Origin: Paramecium tetraurelia
Taxonomy: Eukaryota
DNA: 64,000 nucleotides
Reading direction: 5' to 3'
Assembly (NCBI GenBank): GCA_000165425.1
Contig: CT868174.1
Span: 434,001 to 498,000, forward strand
Part shown: positions 54,201 through 64,000 of the stretch, in pieces
Numbering within the stretch: position 1 is the first letter of the stretch
Layout: each line of letters begins with the position of its first letter
The notes under the pieces: generated by a model
What the model was told of the DNA's origin: nothing
Seen by the model: the letters and a program-made list of their open reading frames with translations, nothing else
The model's database searches: none
Program-made: the position numbers and the translations under genes

Positions 54201-57200
54201 GTTTGGTCAATAACTCGGAAGACCTGAATGATTTCAATCTAGCCTTTACTATCCTATTCACTATTGAAATGGGATTAAAAATGATTGGATTCGGCATCAT
54301 CTAATACATAAGAGACCCAATGAATATCTTTGATGCTCTAATCGTAGCCCTTAGTTTGATCGATATATTCTTTTTATCAGGTAGTTCGGTCTTCAAATCA
54401 GTGAGAATATTTAGAGCCTTCAGAGTATTGAGAGTAACTAAGTTGATGAGGTAATTGTTATCATCTAAATGAAATAGATCCTTAAAATTTATGAATTTCT
54501 TAGTCTAAGTGTTGAGCAATGCATTCCAATCCTTAATGTACATCTTCCTCTTACTCATTCTATTTATATACATATTTACATTGTTGGGAATGTCCTTCTT
54601 TGGTGGCTAATTGACTTACACACCCAGTCGATAGAGTTATGACACATTTTATGAGTCCTTTTTAGTTGTATTCTAAGTGCTGACTCTCGAGAATTGGAAT
54701 AGCATCCTTTACGATCTACTCAAATAACCAGTCTCTTGGATTATCACCATGATTTACTTAATAGCTTGGATCTTTATAGGAAGTTATGTGTTGTTGAATT
54801 TGTTCTTGGCTAGTTTGTTGGATCAATTCGAGGCAGAGTACTTAAGAGAACATAGTTTAGAAAATAGCAATTAGGAGGGAGAATAGATTCAATAGCAATA
54901 AATTTAATAGACTTAAACGATGAATTAAACCGTAGTCAATATGTCGGTTAATTAGACTTTAAATCCCATATTGGCTAAGCAACTACTAACCAGATAGGAT
55001 TCCTTAAATAAATTTATCTATTTCTCAGAACCAGGGCTGTGCTTTTACTCCTTGAATATATTTAGTCAAAACAACCCAATAAGGAGATTATGTTACAAGA
55101 TAGTTAAAAACAGTTTATTTGATTAAATCATTTTATTCGCCATATTTCTGAGCTCATTGAAATTGGTGATTGATACATATGTGAGTAACTTTTTGGATTG
55201 GGCAGATTGGTTCTTCGCACTCTTCTTTGGAGTAGAATTCTTATTTAAGATCATCGCTTATGGATTTGTGATGGAAGAGAATGCATATTTGAGAGAGAGT
55301 TGGAATATTCTTGATTTCATTATAGTTGTGTGCTCTTTCATTGATATATCAGTAGCATCAATTGATTTGAGTTTTGTAAAGATTTTAAGATTATTACGTA
55401 CATTACGACCGTTGAGATTGATATCCTAAAATAAATCCATGAAGTTATTAGTAACGACGTTGATCAACTCAATTTCAGGTATTGTGAACGTAGGAGTGGT
55501 TGTGATATTAGTGTTTCTGATGTTTGCAATATTGGGAGTGAATTTGGAGAAGGGCAAAATGAATTATTGTGATATTGGCAGTGATGAACAATCCTACTTG
55601 CACAAAGCAGATTGTATTTCGGAAGGGTATGAATGGAAAAATAGAGACATGAATTTTGATAATGTGTTTTGGGCCATGTTGACTCTCTTCATTGTATCCA
55701 CATAAGAGGGTTGGCCTACTTAAATGTATTGGTTTGTTGATGCCGATGAAAGTGGGCCTATCAAGAATAATTAAATGTGGTTTACTAGTTACTTTTTGAT
55801 CTTCTTGCTGATTGGATCTATTCTACTGATGAATATGTTTGTTGGTGTTATTTTAGTGAATTACAAATTGGCAGAAGACGAAATGAAGGATAAGAATGTA
55901 TCCAGAGATCAGGAAGATTGGATAAGTATATAAAAATTAATAGTCGATTCGAATCCTAATTTTGCTTTGTACTATCCTCCAAAGAATCAATACAGAGCAT
56001 TGATATTCAAGATTATTTCAAATAAAATATTTGATTTCTTTATCATGCTCTGTATTATTGTAAATATTGCAGCAATGGCCTCCAATTATGAGGGTAAATA
56101 GATCGCATTATTAAAATAGGGTCAAGTGTCAAGTACTAATACATTTTAGAAACATTGAACTTGGTTTTGAGTGTGATCTTTATATTTGAATCTTTGTTGA
56201 AGATTATCGGATTTGGACCACGAGGATATTTTAGAAACAATTGGAATCAGTTTGATTTCTTTGTGGTTCTTTCCTCAATTCTTGATATGATTTTGAGTTT
56301 CACTGATAATAAGGATAACCCTATTCTATCTGCTGGACCTTAACTCATTAGAGTTTTTAGAGTTTTAAGGGTTACTAGATTATTTAGATTAGTTAAATCT
56401 CTACACAGTTTGAAAAAGTTGATTGACACTGCTCTATTCTCTTTACCTGCTTTGTTTAATGTATCTGCCTTAATGTTTTTACTTTACTTCATTTTCTCTG
56501 TTTTGGGAGTATTCCTATTCAGCAATCTCAGGTATAATTTCATCGTCTATTTTTAGTGATGGTTACATTATTAATAGTGAAAATAATTTCAACGACTTTC
56601 ATCATGCTTTAATTTTACTATTTAGATGCACGACAGGTGAGGATTGGTATTTATTGATGTACGATGTGATGAACAAGGCCAGTTATTATTATTGTTCATA
56701 TTTCATCATATTTGTGGTAATCATGTAAAGAATCATGCTCAATTTATTTGTGCTCATCATTTTGGATCAATATGAAAGATTCTACTTTAATTCTGATAAT
56801 CCTTTGTAGAGATTTCAGGAGTTCGAAGACGACTTCGTTGATGGATGGGCACCTTTGGCCTCTGAAACTAAGGGCCAATAGATTCATCAAGATCAGCTGG
56901 TCTAATTGATGTTGTCAATCAAGGCACCTATGGGTTATGATTTGAAGGAGAAGATCAACACGGCTGTTAACGATTGGAAGACCTACAATTCTGATGCTGA
57001 AAAATCTTCTTAGAATCTGGAGAAGATTAAGGTCATGGTCACAACGGAAGCCAAGAAAGCAGTGGCCAAGACAATTATGAACATGTAGATAGAGTCTGAT
57101 GAAAATTAAATGCTAGAATACCATTATGTGTTATTTGCCTTTATGAAGAACTTCTAAACTGATTTATTCAAGGAAGTTACTCAAGCAGGGTTGCATAAGT

Positions 57201-57658
57201 TGATTTAAAGGGAAGAATAGACTTTAAATAAGATTAAGAAAAATAGACATAGCTCACAAGAAGTCAATCCTTGCGTTGAATTATTGTTTCATATCATGTG
57301 TTTTAAAGCATACAAGAGATATGCAATCAAATTGAAGGAGAGAATGAATAGACAACAGAACGAGTTCAGTCAAAAGAGTTCTGATTCTTCGTATCTCCAC
57401 AAAAGCTCAGATATAGTATAGAGAGACAGCATTAGTCAGTCCTTGGAATCCATCTAAGAATCTAAACAATAATTTTGCTTACCCCCTGATTTAGCTGTTT
57501 ATCAGAGTGATGTGAATATTGCAATCAAAGATAATAGTCAAAACACGAAGAATCGAGGATCAGTCTAATAGCTTGTTGAATAAAAGCTAGAAAATATTAG
57601 CGAATTCAATAGTGAATAAAGCATCAGCTTCAACAAGTTAAATGATATATCGAATTGA
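51239..57658 (+). CDS. Four-domain voltage-gated Ca2+ channel alpha-1-like subunit (EEEE filter)
   Basis: Four S4 helices (LRSLRVLRPLR; RIFRAFRVLRVTK; KILRLLRTLRPLR; RVFRVLRVTRLFR) and pore loops TLEGW, TLENW, TQEGW, TGEDW. Several tiny introns; TGA at 57656-57658. Confidence 0.95.
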
Positions 57659-57716
57659 CTCCTATTTGTATATTTTAAGATTTCAAACTACACATATTTA
57701 TTAGTATAAACAATTC

Positions 57717-58506
57717 TCATTTTGATAAATAGCCCACTTGAAATTTCTCAAGAATGTAATGGAAATTGATCCAAGGATGATGTTGGAGGAACAGGAGAGT
57801 GGCATCCTTTCCAACTCCCCTGAGAATTTATTCTCGACCCCCAGGATGTTTCTCAATGTAATAAGACACATCATAGATATTGTCTTGCAACACAATCCAT
57901 GCATCATTTTGGGTATTATGTAATTGAACCTTGATATTAATAAAAAACGAGCAATACCTCTTCCATGGTGTAAGATTTAAATTCAGTTTGTCGTTTATGT
58001 AATGTTTGATTTGTGGTTGATTTAATTTTAGTAATTGGATAGGTGTTGGCACTTCTCTCAATGCTTTATTTCTGGTTAATCATGTTCGTATTGTCCTTAA
58101 CGTTTTGGCTGGCTTCTCGATATTGTTGATTAAGATTAAAGATGGTTTGCATCTGATAATTGACACTTTCCAATTTTTGCATTTTCTTATACTTTTGGAT
58201 CACAAGTTGATTTGGGTGTATCTGGTAGAGATTCTGAAATTCCTATTCTTCTACCATATTCATCATCTATGTGTTGTTGGAGTTGGTGATATAGACATTT
58301 TGTGATTGAATGAAGTGAGGGAGTGAGTTTTGGATAGGTTGTGAGTTGGAATCAAGGAATGCCATGTTATTCAGTTTATTTTTGGTTGAGATTTCATTGA
58401 AAAGGAAGAAGAGCACTTCATTTAGGATATTTTGATCGAGATCTTGCCAGAGTAGGGTGTATTGGCGATTGGCATAGTAGAAATTGATTTGTTGATTGGT
58501 ATTCAT
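57717..58506 (-). CDS. Cytochrome b5-like heme-binding domain protein
   Basis: EEVQLHNTQNDAWIVLQDNIYDVSYYIEKHPGG..GKDATLLFLQHHPW..VGYL, with both heme His present. One 28-nt intron gives 254 codons. Confidence 0.88.
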
Positions 58507-58518
58507 TATATTATAAAA

Positions 58519-59938
58519 ATGAATGATAATGGCATACTCGAGGAGTAGAGGAGGGAATCATTAAGTTCGACCAATCAAACAGTTGAAACTCCAACACAGG
58601 AGGAAATGGATTGGGAGGCATTTCAATAATTATTAATCTAAGAGAGAGTCGAAGTAAGGAGGAAGAAAATAATAATAGACAAAGAGGTGGAAATATCTTA
58701 GGTGTTGAAGTTGAGTGGGAATATGTCAGTGATTCAATTCAAGGGAGGTAATTTGATATTTGAGGGGAGTACGAGAGATTCTATTTTTGATGAAGAATGT
58801 AGTATTTAAGGATTTCAAATAGAAGTTTATTAAACCTCTCCTTGCATTAGAGTGCATTACAGAAACCTGTTGATTATGGCATGTAATGTTGAGAACTTTC
58901 AAAATTAAGGGTTGTTTATTACCTTTGATAACTCCTTAACGATAAACGATACGATATTGAAGGGATTTCAAGTATATTTTGGTTGTGAGAACAACGGGAC
59001 GAAATTGAGTATAAATCATTCGATAATAAAGAGTGATTGTTAATAGTAATAATAGTCAGTTTTGATTCATGCGGACAACCTCGGAGAATTTGCGATGGAA
59101 CTTACAAATTCAATAATAGAAGGTAGTTCAGTCATTATAACAAATAGTAAGAATGTGGAAGTCACAATTAAGGATAATGAATTTAAAAATTAGTAAATTT
59201 CCATTTCATTTGAAAATGTCAAGAACAAATCAATCACAATCCACAAGAACATATTTTACCTGTCTTGGGATTATGCAATCAAAATGACTGATGTTGTTGT
59301 GGACAAATTACAGCTATTCAAAAACACAATCACCAAATGCAGAATTGGAATCTATCTATACAATGTGATAGAAGTATGCCCCTTGGTTCAACACATTAAA
59401 CCTATCTCGCTCAAATAGAATGTATTGACAAGCATGGAACAAACAGCCATCAGGATTGGAGAAGTCATCTGTATGGAAATAGATGAAATCAACATCTAAG
59501 ACAACATTATCGGAATGGATATTGACATCAGCACATCCAAAAGGCCAGAAAAGAATACTTTCAATCCTTTTATCATTACGATTAAGAACTCTACAATAGC
59601 ATCCAACCGTATCCATGGCATCTTTCTCAATAGCAACTTGTCCTACAATCCCATCCATCTCCAGATCTCTAAGTCTGCATTCTTCTCTAACTGCAATTCC
59701 TTGAGTCTCTCTCATCAAGGAGAATCGAACGACCAAAGTAAGTCTGATGATATTAAATAGGATTCAAGGTCAATATTAATAGTTGCCAATTCCAAGACAA
59801 TCACTTTTCTAACTCTAATTCAAATTATGAAATCAATATCAGCAATACTAACATTGTAGTAAGAAAATCTAAATAATTTGATAGCATAATAATCAACTCC
59901 TTCTTAATTCAAGGTCAAAAAACTGTCAAATAATGTGA
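58519..59938 (+). CDS. Right-handed parallel beta-helix (pectin-lyase-like) protein ending in CaaX (CQIM)
   Basis: Repeating I/N/G ladders (NTITKCRIGIYL, NRIHGIFL, INSCQFQDN). Introns 59738-59760 (GTAAGT..TAG) and ~59859-59884 give ..KNCQIM-TGA. Confidence 0.7.
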
Positions 59939-59982
59939 ATATATTTCAACTAATTATATATTGTTAATTCAATTATTCATTA

Positions 59983-62618
59983 ATGTTAAAAACACCTAGT
60001 CTTAAATCATTTTCTAATCCAAGTGAAAGGAATCAATCTGAACAATACATCCAGTGTTATACAAATAAAATCATCAGACAAGACCAACAGCTCAATTCCT
60101 CCTACTATGAAGAAGACTAATTCGAAAAATGCTAAAACACTAATGATACACAGCAATTTCAGGATTACATGCAAAACCTTATCACCATCATCTCCAACCC
60201 TCCGCAATCACAATATTTAAGTTAATACTATGTTCTCTCTACCGAAAACGATACTATCACATTCATTAGCGAAACATCTCCAGAAACACTTATGGATTAT
60301 ATTAAATTTAGACATTAGAACAAAGCTCCCATGAATGAAGATGAAATTGTCTATTTGGCATATGCATTACTGAATGGTTTATCAAACATCAACATTTTGT
60401 ACTTGAGTCCCACCAACATTATCAAAAAATGGAAGATCATAAATTACATGGAGCAAATAACCCATCAAAATCAACGATCATTTTTAGAATCAGAGGACAA
60501 ATTATACTTAGCCCCTGAACTCTTTAAATATTTAGACATCGAACTTAACGATTGCGATGATTTCAATAAACATCTTAGCCAAGAAATTAAAAGCCCCTAA
60601 AGCTTCTGTCTATTCGTTAGGCGTTATCCTGTTACAATGCATCTATTTCGAATTCAAAAAAGATAGCTTCCATTATCAGGACATTCTTAAGAATTCTAAA
60701 TACAGTTGGTCATTGAGAGATCTCATTCAATAAATGTTAAGAGAAGAAGATGAAAGGAGTTCAGTCTAAGAATTACTCTAAAATCCTTTATTCTACACTC
60801 AGAAGCAAATCGCTATCTAGCCAAAACAATAGAATCAAATGTCCTTGGCAGTATTCTTTCAATTTGTTAAAAACAAATTTTTTAATCTAGATTGGGCTGA
60901 TCATTTTTTTTCTATGGAAGAAATCATTTTCATTAGCGATCTCAAGGAAGGTATTTATCCTATTGGAGAATTGAAATCCGAAATAAATAGTTAAATCACA
61001 TAAATCATTCAATGTTGTCCTAACAATTGTACTCTTGAGGAATTGATCGCTACTCTTACTAAAATCTCAAATCCATAACAGTAAGAGGAAAACCAAGTGG
61101 TCTAACCAAAAAAGGACTAATTTTTATTCAGAAAATGGTTTAAAAAACAAGAATAAAAAAGTGAAGATATGTAAGAATAAGTTATTGCTCCTCAAGAACC
61201 TACTTATATGGCCTAGCTGCTATTATTAAAATTGATGTCCTAAGCATCTGAAAAAGCCTTTTAAACTTTCATTTCTAAGGTAATTCATTTTATGGGAGGC
61301 TCTGGTTTAATTTGGTAAAACATAAGAAAAGCATTTTGGCCGAGGGCACTTGGTTTTGAATCATTAGAAGCCCAAAGACAGATTGTGTAATTGACACTCG
61401 AATTGTGTGAATATTTGAATGCTTAAAAAGAGAAGGATTTGATTCAACTTGAAAAAGACTTAATCAGATAAAAGTACAGCAAAAGAACTCAAGATGCAAT
61501 TAGGAGAACCATACGAGGATTTATCAATTAGTCTGTGTCAAATTGCTATATATAAGGGATGGATTCCATTTCATATATTCTCTTAGAAGCTTTTAATTAT
61601 GATTCAGAGCTTAGTACCATATGTTTGAATGAGATTTACAAAAAGAGAATTGTTAACTTACCCTCTGGGGAGGAATAAGTAGAAATCAGTGATTATTTTG
61701 GATAAAAGTTATAAGAGAAGATCCTGCTTTACAATTGGACTCTTTAATATTTTGATCCTGGTTTAAGTAATCATTTTAAAAGAAGCTGATTTTAAATGTG
61801 AAACTCATATTGTTTCATGGTTCAGTACTTTCTATGCCAGAGAGTTCAGCTTGGAAAATGTTCTGAAGATTTACGATTATTTCCTAATTTCTGATGAATC
61901 ATTCGAAATCCTATTAGCATGTTAAATAATGTTGGAACTCAAGTCCACCTTTGAAATTAAAGACAGCGAAGGAATGCTTAGTTGTTTGAAGAATCTTTAG
62001 AATAATATATAGTTAGACAATTGTTTGTAAAATGCCCTAAGGTTTACAAGCTAATTACATAAAACATTTTTCATTCTCACTCATCAAGATGAAGAAATTT
62101 GCAATCAGATGAAGGAAGAAAATGAGTACTTATAAGAACGACCATGGGAACATCCACTAACATTTAAGTAGTTACAAGAGCAATTGATATTTTCTATTTC
62201 GATTCATGATTTTCAACAATTATTGAGGGAACAAAAATAAAACTTCAATGTGCTATCTTTGGATATGAGAAGTGCTAAGGAATACGAATAGGCTTGCATT
62301 TCTGGTTCTTTGTTTGCATTCTATGACAAGAAGAAGATCAATAACATTCAGTTATTAAATTATTTCGAACTGAGAGGATTAGTTGAAGAATAGAGCATTT
62401 ATTATGTGGTTGCGATTTGCGATACAGAAAAGCAAAACGTGAACGAAATCATAGATTATTTGCTTAAATAAAGAATCAAACGTCTTGTTCTGTTAAAGGG
62501 GGGAATTTAGGCTGCCCTGCTTGATGCGTAGGACATCATTAAGTTTAAATAGAAGGCAGTGTTGCCTCCATGGATAAAAGTGCAAATTGATGAATTAAAG
62601 AAAAAAAATATGTAATGA
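59983..62618 (+). CDS. TBCK-like protein (pseudokinase + Rab-GAP TBC + rhodanese) with two +1 frame breaks
   Basis: Kinase remnants YLSPTNI, YLAPE, SVYSLGVILL; TBC LEKDLIR, YIQGMDSI, DPGLSNHF, SWFST; rhodanese LDMRSAKEY, LKGG. Frame breaks at ~60590 and ~61780. Confidence 0.82.
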
Positions 62619-62640
62619 AAGATTGATAATATTAATTTTT

Positions 62641-64000
62641 ATGTTTTAAATTAAGATCACTATGTTAATCCTGTATATCATATCTTGCTTTGAAGGCAAG
62701 AATCTTATACCTCTCTGTATCAATATAGGATTGATCTGTACTCAATTTGGCAGTCTTAAATTTCGAATGCACACTGTATTTCGAATTTATGAAACACTAA
62801 TTTTGTTTATTTAAATTGCGCTTATTACCTTATATGACTAGCAATTGATTGTTTACAATGTGATTTACATCATCTTATTAGATGAAACAGCAAGATTCAA
62901 ATATTCTTTAATTCAAAAGCTTTCATTGCTAGGTATACTGTTCTTATAATGAAGGAACCAGTGTTTTTTATAATAATTTTTATATCATCAAATGTGATTG
63001 AATATTTAAGAAATAGTGCTTTTGCTTTGGGAATTATAATTGTGATGATAAATAAAGGAATTACAAAATAGGGAGAATTTACCAATTTATTATCGAGTAC
63101 TCGTACACAAAGTCCACGAGCATAAGAGACTTAAGGCCTGATGATAGTGGATCCCCAGAATTTAAATTGTATATATATGAATGAATATGTTAAAAGAAAA
63201 TTAGGTAATTAGTAATTAATTATAAATGAAATTGATTCAATAAGTAAATAAAAATTCGATTAGAAAATAAGAAATATTGAATTGTTTGAATTATTAAATG
63301 AATTTGATTTAAAATAATTTATGATCCATGTAAATATTGGATTTCAGATATAATGTCTGATCATACTATTGAGATAACTAAAGATGTAGATCAAAATAAA
63401 ATTCATATTACATTTTAGAATAACAAAGAAAGAGATGATCACCTTAAAAAATCATATCTATATCAAATACTGAAATAAATCTTTCATACTATTTCACATG
63501 AATTTGGAACTTCATTAAATTTTATGTTAGCGATAGCCCAAGTTGCAATAGATAAATATCCAAATCAAAAGTATTATCACTCTTTTCGAAACACATGTGA
63601 AATCATGCATTATTTCGTACTAGATATGGTTGATTACAATGATATTTTGGGGAATTAATTCAAATTGTAATTGGAAGAATTAGATCTCTAAACAATTTTG
63701 GAGTCAGTTACTACGCTGTTTTAGGAGTAGTGCAGGTAAAAGGACTTATAATTGAGTTTTGAAAATCACATTCCAGAGAGCTGGTAAATAATATCTGATC
63801 AAAGGAGGATTAAGTAAATTTTGATCCATTTAATCTCTAACGCCTAGAAGTTTACTTTAAAGGGTTCAATTCTCATAAAGGTGTTAGCCATTAGAGATGA
63901 CTTGATACAATTCTCGGTAACAGATACAGGAATTGGAATAAGCTAAAATGATGAATAAAATCTAAGAAATATGTTGGAGTAGGATTTCAAAGATGAATAA
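62641..64000 (+). CDS. Membrane histidine kinase, 3' end off the window; 5' exon structure unresolved
   Basis: TISHEFGTSLN, SDQRRIKQILIHLISNAQKFT, VTDTGIGI in 63350-64000. The hydrophobic N-terminal region from ATG 62641 needs frame changes near 62940 and 63310. Confidence 0.8.

Noticed and set aside
61761..61782. 22-nt GT..AG intron that would repair the TBC frame
   Set aside because: It would delete the conserved LSNHF helix; a single extra base fits the TBC spacing better.
58519..62618. Apparent single fusion of beta-helix + pseudokinase + TBC + rhodanese (the unspliced frame stays open across 59760-59983)
   Set aside because: A strong GTAAGT..TAG intron and a second intron give a CaaX-stop at 59938, followed by an AT-rich spacer and a new ATG at 59983. 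Long open frames are common when only TGA stops.

Overview
AT-rich, gene-dense ciliate macronuclear DNA, most likely Paramecium (aurelia-group-like). TAA/TAG read as Gln, TGA is the only stop, introns are 20-29 nt GT..AG, and intergenic gaps are tiny. The supplied ORF track uses the standard code and fragments every gene, so I retranslated by hand with code 6. I can support 23 protein-coding genes. They are two inverted paralogous Cys-rich surface/membrane proteins, a P5B ATPase, two cNMP-binding-domain proteins, a divergent MSH4-like protein, a PTC7-type PP2C, a PH-OSBP protein, a membrane RBR E3, a long coiled-coil protein, enoyl-CoA hydratase, a NUDIX hydrolase, a CDPK, a Zn alcohol dehydrogenase, a multi-RING protein, a 2-TM protein, two histidine kinases, ADAT2, a 4-domain EEEE Ca2+ channel, a cytochrome b5 protein, a beta-helix CaaX protein, a TBCK-like protein and one hypothetical protein. 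Most notable: (1) an intact MSH4-like gene whose Walker A/B motifs are gone; (2) a TBCK-like gene with two +1 frame breaks, both at TAAAAG, one of which a 25-nt GC-AG intron would fix; (3) mosaic paralogs with an exact in-frame 1458-nt indel, a probable conversion tract and a swapped C-terminus; (4) a possible pseudo-otubain/RING fusion; (5) a 2-TM protein with a DEG/ENaC-like pre-TM2 pattern; (6) head-to-head start codons only 12-14 nt apart. I saw no RNA genes, telomeres, transposons or CRISPR arrays, and no clearly new multi-gene system. Family calls come from motif recognition only; no database search was run.
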